Below, in pieces: positions 50,527 through 60,652 of a stretch of 64,000 nt of DNA. Position 1 is the first letter of the stretch. Every line of letters starts with the position of its first letter. The stretch is from an uncultured Gemmatimonadales bacterium (GTDB lineage Bacteria; Gemmatimonadota; Gemmatimonadetes; Gemmatimonadales; Gemmatimonadaceae), in the NCBI GenBank assembly GCA_963701965.1, contig OY969695.1, positions 3,968,001 to 4,032,000 of the forward strand. The letters run 5' to 3'. The notes beneath the pieces are model-generated. The model was not told where the DNA came from, did no database searches, and saw nothing but the letters and a program-made list of their open reading frames with translations. A program made the translations under genes and the position numbers.

Positions 50527-52827
50527 ATGATCTCCCTCCGACGTCACCGCGCCGTGGTCCGAGAGCGTCGAGGCTCGGCGATGATCCTGGTGCTCATGCT
50601 GACCTTCGCGCTGGCCGCGCTGGCCGGCTCGGCGATTCTGCTCTCTACGACCGCGACGCAATCGACCAAGTCCCGCGAAGGCGAAAAGGATCTTCGCTAC
50701 GCGGCCGATGCGGCGGCGGCGATCGGTGAGAGCAAGGTCGCCATGAACCCGACGGCCTTGCCGGCGACGGGGTACACGCAGATGGCGTCCAACGCGCAGA
50801 TGCTGGCGGCCGACTCGACGAACCTGCCAGGCATCACGTACAACCTGTGGGGCGGGCTCACCGGGTCGGTGACGCGCCAGAACGGGCGGTTCGTGACCCT
50901 GGTGGCCCAGGCCATCGACTCGGCGCACCACCGCACGTTCATCCGGCACGTCGAGCTGGCGCAGGAGTCGTTCGCGCGGTTTGCCTACTTCTCGAACAAC
51001 GAGAACGGCATCTGCTTCGGTTCCGGCGACATTCTGTACGGGCCCGTGTTCTCGAACGGAGACATCTCGACCTGCAGCGGGCAGAAGGCGACGTTCTATG
51101 ATTCCGTCGGCGCGGCCGGTTCGGTGACCAACGGCAACCCGGCGCAGGACACGTTTTATGACGGGTTCAAGACCGGACAGGCGCCCATCACGCTGCCGAA
51201 CACGTCGGCCCTCTCGGGGCTTTTCGCTCGCGCCGCGGTTGGTTCCACGGAGTTCACGTCCGTGAACGCCAACACCGATTCGTCGAGCCTCCTCAAGTCG
51301 CGGCTCGAGTTCGTGGCCTACAATACCACGACGCCGGCGACCGGAGATTCCACGGGACCCGGCGAAGGGTTCGTCAAGTTCTACTCGGTCGACAAAACTC
51401 GGCACTACTGGACGGCGACCTTCACCGCGGCGAAACGCGACTCGGCCGCCGCGAGCTATCTGCGTGCAGGGTTGAACAAGAAGGGTGATCAGCGTAACTG
51501 CGGCGACTGGCACTTCGTCGCCGACTCGGCGCCGGGAGCGACTGGGCCGAAGTACAGCTGGCAGTTCTTCCCGGCCGCGGTGCATGACTCGAGCTGGTTC
51601 CAGCTTCCCGAAAAGGACAGTGGATCAATTGCCGTTCGGGGCCAGAACTTCGCCTGGCGCAGTGGCGACTCCACGGTGCATTGGTTCGTCAGGGACAGTG
51701 GCGCCGGGCCGCAGTATAAGCCCGGTCTGGACTCGAACTTCATGCAGGTCTTCGACCCGCAGCATCCTCAGCTGACTTCTACGTACAACAAGTCGGAGCG
51801 CACCAGAGACACGGTGGAGCGTGCGGCATCCCCGGCCACTGCGGCGCAACTCTGGGCAGTCTGGCTCTCCGCGATTACTCCCAGTCGTGACGCGAGCGCG
51901 CCAGCGCCAGCCTGTTTCGCCGCCGGCGATCCGCACCTCGTGTCGATGGAACGCACTGGCTGGAAGAACGCCACCAACCAAGGGTTCGGTTGGCGCGGTG
52001 GTACGGACTCGACGTACACGTACGGCACGGGGGGCCCTGGTCGCCTGATGCCGGACACACTCGGCGTCGGCAAGTGGCAACTGTGGACTGGTGGGGCGCT
52101 CGCCTTCCCGGCGTCTATGACGGCGGCCCACAAGGACTGGCCAGTCCTCTTCCCGATTGACACGACCTATAACGCGGCGTTCCAAGGCGTCATCGCCGTA
52201 CACGGCGCCACCGCGATCAGCGGTAACGTCGACGGTCACGTGACGGTCTACAGCGACGGCACCGTCGGGATGATCGACAACCTGCGTCTCGTGACTGACG
52301 AGAGCGACACGCTCTGCAAGCACGGTATAGGTATCGTGTCCGGTAACGACATTACCGCGCTGGACAATGCGATCAACGTCCCTCAGCACTGGACCCCGAG
52401 CGACCCGAGTAGCACCACGGGTACGCACTGGGTGACGCTCCGCAACGGCTCGTTCGGCGGCTCGTTGTACGTCGAGTCGACGGTGATGTCGCTGGGTTCA
52501 TGGGGCGCCGAGGGTTTGACAGCGGACTCGTCATACACGTCGAGCGTGCTGTGCCCGACGTCGGCACCGCCGGACAACATTTACAAGCGCGGCTGCTTGT
52601 ACGTGTTCGGCAGCATCATTCAAAACCTCCGCGTGACGGTGAACTCCGGCTCGAACGGTGCGGCCGGCTTCGGCTACTCCAAGCGCTATCAATACGACAT
52701 CTGCGCCGTGAAGAACCCGCTGCCGTACTTCCCGACGACCGGTCGTTTGATCCTCAACCGGTACTACGAGCACGACCCCAACCAGTTCAACGTCGCGGCG
52801 CTGTACGCGGCCCTGGCGACACCATAA
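50527..52827 (+). CDS. Very large PilX-like minor pilin / putative tip adhesin
   Basis: RRG|SAMILVLML (no Glu5, as in PilX/GspK), A.YAADA helix, FARFAYF...GPV.SNG, GSIIQ, GYSK.Y.YD, PYFP; 766 aa. Confidence 0.8.
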   Translation: MISLRRHRAVVRERRGSAMILVLMLTFALAALAGSAILLSTTATQSTKSREGEKDLRYAADAAAAIGESKVAMNPTALPATGYTQMASNAQMLAADSTNLPGITYNLWGGLTGSVTRQNGRFVTLVAQAIDSAHHRTFIRHVELAQESFARFAYFSNNENGICFGSGDILYGPVFSNGDISTCSGQKATFYDSVGAAGSVTNGNPAQDTFYDGFKTGQAPITLPNTSALSGLFARAAVGSTEFTSVNANTDSSSLLKSRLEFVAYNTTTPATGDSTGPGEGFVKFYSVDKTRHYWTATFTAAKRDSAAASYLRAGLNKKGDQRNCGDWHFVADSAPGATGPKYSWQFFPAAVHDSSWFQLPEKDSGSIAVRGQNFAWRSGDSTVHWFVRDSGAGPQYKPGLDSNFMQVFDPQHPQLTSTYNKSERTRDTVERAASPATAAQLWAVWLSAITPSRDASAPAPACFAAGDPHLVSMERTGWKNATNQGFGWRGGTDSTYTYGTGGPGRLMPDTLGVGKWQLWTGGALAFPASMTAAHKDWPVLFPIDTTYNAAFQGVIAVHGATAISGNVDGHVTVYSDGTVGMIDNLRLVTDESDTLCKHGIGIVSGNDITALDNAINVPQHWTPSDPSSTTGTHWVTLRNGSFGGSLYVESTVMSLGSWGAEGLTADSSYTSSVLCPTSAPPDNIYKRGCLYVFGSIIQNLRVTVNSGSNGAAGFGYSKRYQYDICAVKNPLPYFPTTGRLILNRYYEHDPNQFNVAALYAALATP

Positions 52828-52861
52828 GGTCACCGTTCTGCACCAGTCTGACGAACGCCAC

Positions 52862-52890
52862 GACAGCCCGGGCCGATGCCCGGGCTGTTG
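52862..52890 (+). terminator. Hairpin after the minor pilin operon
   Basis: ACAGCCCGGGC-CGAT-GCCCGGGCTGT. Confidence 0.65.
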
Positions 52891-52929
52891 TGCATTGATG
52901 GGCGCGAAGGCGCATATTCAGAGACCATT

Positions 52930-53430
52930 ATGCGAATTGCCGTGCTCACGATCTCCGACGCCGGTGCGGCGGGGCAGAGAATCGACACGTCGGGGGATGC
53001 CATCGCGGCCTGGGCGGCAGAGCGGCGCGCCGCCGTGGCGGCCCGCGCCATCGTCCCCGACGCCTCCGCGGCCATTGTGGCGCAGCTCGTCGCCTGGTGC
53101 GATGCCGACCAGGCCGATGTGGTGTTGACGACGGGCGGCACCGGTTTGAGCCCGCGTGACGTGACGCCCGAGGCCACGCGGGCCGTGCTCGAGCGCGAGG
53201 CCCCGGGGATCGCCGAGCGGATCCGGATCACGCGGCTCGAGGCGTTCCCCCGGGCGGCGCTGTCGCGCGGCACCGCCGGTGTCCGGCATCGGACGCTGAT
53301 CGTAAACCTCCCCGGCTCGGCCGGGGGCGTGCGCGACGGATTGGCCGCGCTCGCCCCCATCATCGACCACGCCGTCGACATCATTCGCGGCAACGCGACG
53401 GACCACGGTCCGGGGCGCGACGCGCCATGA
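52930..53430 (+). CDS. MogA/MoaB molybdopterin adenylyltransferase family
   Basis: LTISD, D.SG, TTGGTG..PRDVTPEAT, LSRG.AG, NLPGS. Confidence 0.9.
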   Translation: MRIAVLTISDAGAAGQRIDTSGDAIAAWAAERRAAVAARAIVPDASAAIVAQLVAWCDADQADVVLTTGGTGLSPRDVTPEATRAVLEREAPGIAERIRITRLEAFPRAALSRGTAGVRHRTLIVNLPGSAGGVRDGLAALAPIIDHAVDIIRGNATDHGPGRDAP

Positions 53431-54980
53431 AGATCTTGCTGACCCTGACCGACGTCGAGCCCGCCGTGCGGCTCAACGCCCTCTTGGAGCAGTCGGGGAT
53501 CGAGACCGATCTCGTCTCGCCGCTCGACGACATTCGCGCCGCGATCCGGAAGTTCAAGCCGGACATTCTGGTGCTGACCGGCGCCTTGCTGGACGCCCAG
53601 AGCGTGGCCGTGGTGCGCGAGGAGCTGTGGGACGGGACGCCGGTGGTGGGACTCGCCGACGTCGGCGACCCGGACCTCATGCAGCGCATGCGGACGATTG
53701 GCTTCAGCGAGATCTACGTGAAGCCGCTGGCCTACGACGACGCGTTGGCGGGGTTGCGCCGGTTGGCGGACCGCCGGGTGCTGGCGCAGGAGACGGGGCT
53801 CTACGGCGACTCCGAGGCGATCCGCGAGGTCCTGGTCAAGGTCGAGCAGATGGCGCCGGTGTCCAGCACCGTGATGATCGAGGGCGAGAGCGGCACCGGC
53901 AAGGAGTTGGTCGCGCGGGCGATGCATCAGCTGAGCCCCCGCCGGGGCAAGCCATTCATTGCGGTGAACGTCGGTGCGTTGCCCGACACGTTGGTGGAGA
54001 GCGAGTTGTTCGGGCACGAGAAGGGGGCGTTCACGGGCGCGGCGGAGCGCCGCATCGGGCGGTTCGAGCTGGCCGATACGGGGACGTTGTTCCTCGACGA
54101 GGTGGGGGAGATTTCGCCGGGGACGCAGGTCAAGCTGCTCCGGGTATTGGAAGAGCGGGAGCTGACGCGGGTCGGGGGGACGCAGCCGATCAAGGTCGAT
54201 GTGCGCGTGATCGCGGCGACCAACCGGTCGCTGCGCGAGGCGGTGGAGCAGGGGGCGTTTCGCTCGGATCTCTATTACCGCTTGAACGTGCTGGATATCT
54301 ACTTGCCGCCGCTGCGCGAGCGGCGTGAGGATATTCCAATCCTGGTGCGGCGGTTTATTCAGGAGTTTTCGGCGCGGCATGACCGGCCGTTTCACGGGAT
54401 CTCGGCGGAGGCGATGGAGCTTTTGGGCGCCTATGCGTGGCCGGGGAACGTGCGCGAGCTGCGGAATCTGGTGGAGAGTATGGTAGTCCTGTCGCCGGGC
54501 CACGAGATCGGGCCGGGGGACATTCCCCGCCAGTTCCGCGATGGGAATGCGCGGTTCCTTCCCGTGCCCGTGGGGCCGATAGTGCGAGGCCGGGACGGGG
54601 TGGATGGGCGCGAGATCGAGTTCATCGTGCGGAGTTTGGTGGAGCTCAAGCTGCAGGTGGAGGAGTTGCGGCGGCGGATTGACAGTGAGCGTGTGGGGCC
54701 GGCGGGGTGGGTGGGCGAGTTACAACCCGTTGCGGGGGGCGGATTGAGCGGGTTGCCGGCGGGGATCGAGCCGCGGGAAGCGGCGCCGCCGCCTAATATC
54801 GTGACAGTGACGCCGGGTATGACGATGGCGCAGATCGAGCGAGCGGCGATCGAGGCGGCGCTCAAGGAGACGCGGGGAAACCGAAGAAAGGCCGCGGAGA
54901 TGTTGGGCATCGGGGAGCGGACGCTCTATCGAAAGTTACGCGAATATCAGATTCCCGATGCGGCGATGATCCTTGATTAA
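53427..54980 (+). CDS. Sigma54 enhancer-binding protein with degenerate receiver domain
   Basis: [31 protein letters not shown], Fis HTH; receiver fold lacking the phospho-Asp. Confidence 0.9.
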   Translation: MKILLTLTDVEPAVRLNALLEQSGIETDLVSPLDDIRAAIRKFKPDILVLTGALLDAQSVAVVREELWDGTPVVGLADVGDPDLMQRMRTIGFSEIYVKPLAYDDALAGLRRLADRRVLAQETGLYGDSEAIREVLVKVEQMAPVSSTVMIEGESGTGKELVARAMHQLSPRRGKPFIAVNVGALPDTLVESELFGHEKGAFTGAAERRIGRFELADTGTLFLDEVGEISPGTQVKLLRVLEERELTRVGGTQPIKVDVRVIAATNRSLREAVEQGAFRSDLYYRLNVLDIYLPPLRERREDIPILVRRFIQEFSARHDRPFHGISAEAMELLGAYAWPGNVRELRNLVESMVVLSPGHEIGPGDIPRQFRDGNARFLPVPVGPIVRGRDGVDGREIEFIVRSLVELKLQVEELRRRIDSERVGPAGWVGELQPVAGGGLSGLPAGIEPREAAPPPNIVTVTPGMTMAQIERAAIEAALKETRGNRRKAAEMLGIGERTLYRKLREYQIPDAAMILD

Positions 54981-55001
54981 AACAACTTACGAGCGCATAA
55001 T
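54973..55001 (+). promoter_or_regulatory. Sigma70-type promoter
   Basis: TTGATT-17bp-CATAAT. Confidence 0.65.
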
Positions 55002-55122
55002 AGAGCGCGTTTTCAACCGTTGGTTGTAGGACCATTTCAGCCTGCGGGGACGGCGATGTCGCTAGTCGTCCTTGTTACTACTACACAGGACACTCGAGAC
55101 ATTGTTGCCAGGTCCAGCCAAC

Positions 55123-55845
55123 TTGTCCTCTCAACTGTCGAGTCCGCCTCTCTCGATCGCCGGCAGCGTGTTGCCGATTCGTCGTGCCGAGGAGTTGTTA
55201 GCGACGTTGCCGGGTGTGTTGTCGGCGAAGATCGTGGCGTCGGACGCGGGTGCGGTCGACGAGATCCACGTGCTGACGACGGCCGAGTACACGCCAAAGC
55301 AGACGGTGCGCAACATCGAGAGCGCGTTGATCGCGCACTTGGGGATGCGCGTCGATCATCGGAAGATTTCGGTGGCGACGTCGAGCGAGCCGCCGAAGCC
55401 GCGAGAGGCGCTGCCGATCGATCCCGAATTGGTGCAAGCTGTCGCCGAGGATTTGACTCGGCGACGTTTGTATTTCGAGGACGTGGAGGTGCGCCGCTCG
55501 CGCACGCGCGGTGTGACGTGTCGCGTAACGCTGCGGAAGGGGGACTCGTCCTACGTGGGAGAGGCCGAGGGTGCCGAGAGCGAGCGGGCGCGGGTGGATT
55601 TGGCGGCGCGCGCGGCGGTCAAGGCGATCAGTCAGGCCGAGCGGGGCGAACGCACACTGGCGCTCGATGGAGCGAAAGTGATCGACGCGTTCGACCGCGC
55701 GTTCGTTTTTGTCGGAATTTCAGCTCGGGTGGGACGCGAGAGCGCGTTGCTCACGGGCAGCTGTGAGATCAAGGAGAGCGCCGAGACGGCGAGCGTGCTC
55801 GCGGCACTCGACGCGACCAATCGGTGGATCGCGTACGGCCGGTAG
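55123..55845 (+). CDS. Hypothetical protein (C-terminal half resembles the LeuA allosteric fold)
   Basis: Native codon usage; EIHVL...PKQ.VR.IES..IDHRKIS.A-like N-domain; GEAEG..AA.A.VKAI / LTGSC..A.LDATNR; start uncertain (55102-55168). Confidence 0.75.
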   Translation: MSSQLSSPPLSIAGSVLPIRRAEELLATLPGVLSAKIVASDAGAVDEIHVLTTAEYTPKQTVRNIESALIAHLGMRVDHRKISVATSSEPPKPREALPIDPELVQAVAEDLTRRRLYFEDVEVRRSRTRGVTCRVTLRKGDSSYVGEAEGAESERARVDLAARAAVKAISQAERGERTLALDGAKVIDAFDRAFVFVGISARVGRESALLTGSCEIKESAETASVLAALDATNRWIAYGR

Positions 55846-55985
55846 CAGTCGCTGGCTTGTGAGGCGCGGTCTTGATGGGTGAGTGAGAGGTCGGAAGTGT
55901 TCTTTCGATTCTTGGCGATGCAAGCTGGAAGCGCCCGGTCGAGACCTTAGCGCAGAAGCCCAAACTATACCTAGCACAAAAAAAC

Positions 55986-56225
55986 TGAGAACCCCCGTTG
56001 TCGGCTGAGCAGAGCGGAGCGGGCAAGCTACCGAAGGATGAGCGGAGCCAACCTTGAACAGCGCCTCGACGAGCGTCGGAGGCGACTGAAACGAAGGGAG
56101 GTGACGCGAAATGAAGGCACTCCGGTATTTGGGCTTGCTCGCCGGTATTGCAAGCATGCTGCACGCAGTTGTTTCCAAGCTGGGCGAGTCGATTTCTTGG
56201 GGTTAATGCCGCAGCGGGGTTCTCA
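55986..56225 (+). ncRNA. Candidate structured cis-regulatory RNA enclosing the peptide ORF
   Basis: TGAGAACCCC (55986-55995) / GGGGTTCTCA (56216-56225) inverted repeat; internal stems at 56022-56049 and 56052-56097. Confidence 0.4.
56111..56206 (+). CDS. 31-aa small peptide MKALRYLGLLAGIASMLHAVVSKLGESISWG
   Basis: Strong RBS AAGGGAGGTGA ending 6 nt before ATG; basic-hydrophobic-polar layout; TAA 30 nt before the HD-GYP start; below ORF-track cutoff. Confidence 0.75.
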   Translation: MKALRYLGLLAGIASMLHAVVSKLGESISWG

Positions 56226-56236
56226 TCGCAACTGCA

Positions 56237-57559
56237 ATGAATCGCAAGGTTCAAGCCTACGTCTCGCTAGTTAGCATCCTGGCGGCAATTGCTATCGTCG
56301 TGGTCTATCACTTAGACCCGACGAACGATTCGCTCGCGGTCCAGGCGGTTTTGTGTTTTGGAATACTCGGACTCTTCGCCGAGGTCCTCCGCTACCGCCT
56401 CGCGCCAGAGACGTTCGGTTCAATCGTCTTCATACCGTTCACTGCGGCGGCGTGTCTCACTCCGTCATGGCTAGCTATTGCCATGGTGGTTGCTGTAATT
56501 GGTGCCGGCGGCCTGTTTCTAGGCCAGTCACCGATTAAGGTCTTATTCAACGTCGCCCAATACTCGATAGCCCAAGCTCTGGCCATCCTGAGCTATCGGA
56601 CCTTCGGCGGGGGGCCACTCCTCGGACACCATCCGATAAGCTGGGTAGCCTATTCTTTCATGTTCGCGAGTTTCATCGCGACTAACACCCTGTTGGTGAG
56701 CGGTGTAATCGGACTAAGCCAAGGAACCAGCGTTTGGAAGACTTGGCGAGAAACGATGAGGAATTCTCTCCTCTACGATTTGCTCTCACTTCCATTTGCG
56801 TTTGTCTTCGCATCGGTATACGTGCAGTTTGGCACACTGGGTGTCGTGGTTCTGGCTGTACCGCTCTTGGGGGCGAGGCAGCTATACAAGACCAATTGGC
56901 AGCTTGAAAGAACGAATCAGGAGTTGCTTGAGTTGATGGTCGCCGCCATTGAGGCGCGTGATCCTTATACGTCTGGCCACTCGCGGCGAGTGGCCCACAA
57001 CGCGAGAGTCATAGCGCGGGCTCTTGGCTTCAGTACGCGAGAGGTCGAGCGAGTGGGCCGTGCCGCGCTTCTGCATGACGTCGGTAAGATTCACGAAGTG
57101 TTCGCACCTATCCTCCGGAAGCCAGGCAAGCTGACCTCCGAAGAGCGCCTGATTATGGAGACGCATCCGATCAAGAGCGCCGATCTCGTGCAAGGCGTGT
57201 CCCAGTTGCGGGATCTCGTTGGGCCAATCCGCCACCATCATGAGAATTGGGATGGAACTGGATATCCCGACGGTCTAAGCGCCGAGCAGATTCCGACTAT
57301 CGCGCGAGTCATAATGTTCGCCGACACGATCGACGCAATGACGACAGACAGGCCGTATCGAGCCGCGATGGGAAGAGCCGAGGTGACCGCAGAGCTTACA
57401 CGGCTTCGGGGCAAGCAGTTCGACCCTAGCATCTGCGATACGCTGCTTGCGAGCCCATTGTACGACACACTCTTCGAGCGCCTGGCTACTGCCACGCCGG
57501 CTCGCCCATTGCTCTGGCGTCATAGGGAGTCTGTGGCTGCAGTGCGAGCTCGGGCCTAG
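56237..57559 (+). CDS. Membrane-bound HD-GYP c-di-GMP phosphodiesterase
   Basis: ~7-8 TM N-terminus with K..FN.AQ motif; EARDPYT.GHS.RV, LLHDVGK, HHENWDGTGYP, D..DAMT.DRPYR, GKQFDP. Confidence 0.92.
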   Translation: MNRKVQAYVSLVSILAAIAIVVVYHLDPTNDSLAVQAVLCFGILGLFAEVLRYRLAPETFGSIVFIPFTAAACLTPSWLAIAMVVAVIGAGGLFLGQSPIKVLFNVAQYSIAQALAILSYRTFGGGPLLGHHPISWVAYSFMFASFIATNTLLVSGVIGLSQGTSVWKTWRETMRNSLLYDLLSLPFAFVFASVYVQFGTLGVVVLAVPLLGARQLYKTNWQLERTNQELLELMVAAIEARDPYTSGHSRRVAHNARVIARALGFSTREVERVGRAALLHDVGKIHEVFAPILRKPGKLTSEERLIMETHPIKSADLVQGVSQLRDLVGPIRHHHENWDGTGYPDGLSAEQIPTIARVIMFADTIDAMTTDRPYRAAMGRAEVTAELTRLRGKQFDPSICDTLLASPLYDTLFERLATATPARPLLWRHRESVAAVRARA

Positions 57560-60500
57560 TCAACTTCGTAAGATATCGGGGAAGAGGGTATCTTTCTCGA
57601 CGGTGTAGCTTCGTGTAATCCCTCAAAAGCTGATTGGTCCGTGCCGGATCGCTTCTTACCATGAGAGCCGATCCTAGCGCGAACGCCACGAAGTCTTGCT
57701 CTCCAAGCCGTTGGAGCCGCAGGAACCTTTTCTCCAATGTCGCGATGTCTCTCTCCGACCCCGGTGTAGCGCTCTCCGAAAGTGAGAGCAGAACCGTTAT
57801 CGCGAGCGAGTAGTACGCGCCTCTGTCGCCGGCCGCATTCAGCGCCCGGCGCGATTGCTTGAACTCGCGCGATCTCACTAGGCGCCGAGCCTCGACTTCT
57901 TCCCCACCGGCCAGCGCAATCATCACTCGAAATACAATCGCGTCAGTTGCCCGGTAAGGGAAGAGTCGGCGATCATCTCGGGTCAACGTCGTATTGAGTA
58001 TCTGTCGAGCAGAATCAAAATCATCCTGTTCGATATAAGTCTGGGCAGTCATGTTTGCCGCGGCTAGTACGTAGCTGCGGCTCCCCATTCGTCGCGCCAA
58101 TTCCAAAGCTTCGGACAGGGCTCCATGCGCCTCCGCAAATCGTCCCATTAGCCTAAGCGCCTTGGCATATCTCCGAAGGCTCTGTGCGATCGCACCCCGT
58201 GAGCCTGTCGCGCGGGTCAGAGCTACCAGCTCAGATCCTGCTATAGTCGCCTTGTCCAAATCGCCGACCGCGCTATGGAACACCAACTCAACCGTGGCGC
58301 GATCCGATGCTGGGAATTCGAACTTGTCCGACAGAGCGAGCAATTGATCGTGTACTGCCGATAAGCGACCGGCATCAGTCAGGTTGTACGCGCAGATGAG
58401 CGCACAGACGCCTGCTCGTGCCCGCAACGCAAGCGCAGTGCATTCATCGGCCAAACATGTTAGGGCGGCGTCCAAAATTGGGCTAGGATCACCGAGGGAG
58501 TACATGCGTGCTTCCAGCGCGGCGATCTGCCATTCAGCCCATGGCCGACCGGCGCTGTGACGTAGTGACATGCGAAGGCGCAGAGCGTCAGCGGCGCAGC
58601 TTTCAGCCCGATTGAGGTCACCCAATGATCGGAGCACAGGAATTAGAGTCTCCTGCAGCCCCAAGCGTTCTTTGTCAGTCGCACACCAAGTTGCGGCGCG
58701 TTCGCAAATAGTAAGTGCCTCGGCGGGTTGACCGATCTCCAGGAGACGGGCCGCGCTTTGGGTCAAAAGGGAAATGGCATCCTGGGTGTCACCAGCCAAT
58801 CGAAAATGTTCAGCACAATCCCAGAGAATGGGTGCATCGTGGGGTCGATCGATCTCTGCCCGCAGAGCGATTGCAATGCGGCGGTGCAGCTGACGAACAC
58901 TCCCGGCCGGCAGCAGTGCACTGACTATCTCACGCAACATGTCGTGGGCCAGATCTACGACGCCGTTTGTTGAGCAAACGAGATTGCTGCGCTCGAGCGT
59001 GTTCACCGCTTCCGATATCTCGGACTTGGCAAGTGTGATCGTCCTTGAGAGGCGCTCAACCGTTGCGTGTTTCGCAAATAGAGTGACAACCTGCAATGTC
59101 TCCAGTGCTGACCGTCCCAGCGCGGCAATGCGACGTTCAATGGTCGAACGGAGCAAAGAAGGTATTGGCAAGGATGGTCCATACTCGCACCAATGGCTTG
59201 CCAGGTCGTGGATGACGGCTGGATTGCCATCCGATGAATCGCCATAGAATCTGCATGTGGCGTTTTCCAGGGCTGGCGCACTGACAGTGAGCTGGCGAAG
59301 CAGGGTGATTGACTCGGTACGGCTCAAAGGCAGCAACGGCCACGGTATCAGGTCGGTCCCAGCTGCTGCCAGGATACTAGTGGCGTTGGACGAGCGGCCA
59401 GCCAGAAGAAAAAGCACGCTCATTTCCTTGCAAGCGCTGATCAAGTCGGTTACAAGGTGGAGCGATGATGCGTCAGCCCGGTCGATCGCGTCAATAACAA
59501 CCAAGAGCGAGTGCTCATGCGTGACGGCGCTCAAAAGGTCAAGAATGGGGGTTCGCAGAGCAGAGTACGGAAGAAGCGTGGCCGCAGCGGAATGCAATGC
59601 TTCCGCCCCGGAGGCGATTAGCTTGTCCACGTGGTTCATGGATGTTGGCGAGCATCCGATGGCGCCAGGAAGGTTGCGCAGCAATGAGACAAATGCTGTC
59701 ACTGCGGAAAGCGGCAGCTGTGAATCCGTTGGCGCGCACTCGAATGCGACTACCCTGATCCCGTCAAGGGCCGCCGCACGCGCCAGCTCTTGAATTAATC
59801 TCGTCTTGCCGATGCCCTGATCTCCTGTGATCAAATAGCCGCGGCCAACCTTCCGTTGCGTCTCCCTGATCGAGAGGCCAATAGTCGCCACTGCGGACGC
59901 ACGACCGACCAGCGGGCTACTGTGAGGACTTTGTGCCGCCGGGATGCGAGTCGAGATTCGACGACGCAAGACTTCGGCTGGTAGTCCTATTCTCGGCGCG
60001 TAGTGGCCGAGTTCCTGTAGGTATTCATCAAGGATCTTGAGGGCCCCTACCTTGTTTCCCCCCATCGCGGTGGCCTCCGCAATGGCAAGCGTCGCTTCCT
60101 CGTTCAGCGGATCAATGTCAAGGCATCGCTGTGCCACGCGCGTCAAGTCGGCCCAGCGGCAACCAACCCGTTGGACATCAAGCGCTGCGACCAGTGCGGA
60201 CAGAATTCGAAGGTTGACTTGGTCACAGAGGCTCTGGAACCACACTCCGAATGCATGCGACACTTTCGGGACATATCCCGGAAGAAATGTGTCCAGCAGC
60301 GGAGTATAGTCTGCCCTGCAATTACCGATCGCGTCGTACACATCGACCACGACTCGCTCGGTGGGCAGCTGTAGGTAATGCTATCCCGACCGAAGTCGAC
60401 ACCATCGACTCGCAATACGTAGAGGAGTTGGCGGAGGCGGTGTCCCTGTTCGAGCTCCGGGACGTGCGGCCAGAGCAGTGCCTGAAGTTGTGAGCGCGGC

Positions 60501-60652
60501 ACCCGCCTGCTGGGCTCAAGCATCAGATATAGCATCGCCGCCAACGTTACTTCTGAGTTGGCGTCGACCCTGTGCGATCCAATGTGAACTGCGCAGTCGC
60601 CAAGCGACACCAGGCGCGCTATTGTCGGTTGCGCTTCAGCAAGGTCTGTCAT
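57486..60652 (-). CDS. wHTH/BTAD + AAA ATPase + TPR transcriptional regulator, frameshifted near 60380
   Basis: N-part R..L..LLWP...RLRQLLY.LR; then FLPGY....F..W, DPLNEEA, LVGR, G..GIGKTRL, GNP, HD..RE, TPR-like helices in a second frame. Confidence 0.8.

Noticed and set aside
50527..52827. Diversity-generating retroelement target in pilX
   Set aside because: No reverse transcriptase or template/variable repeat pair seen in the window
54990..55017. GCGCATAA as the XerC arm of a dif site
   Set aside because: No TTATGTTAAA-like XerD arm; better explained as the -10 of a TTGATT-17-CATAAT promoter
56038..56274. 78-aa ORF-track call over the leader
   Set aside because: No RBS; overlaps the well-supported 31-aa ORF and the HD-GYP start in another frame
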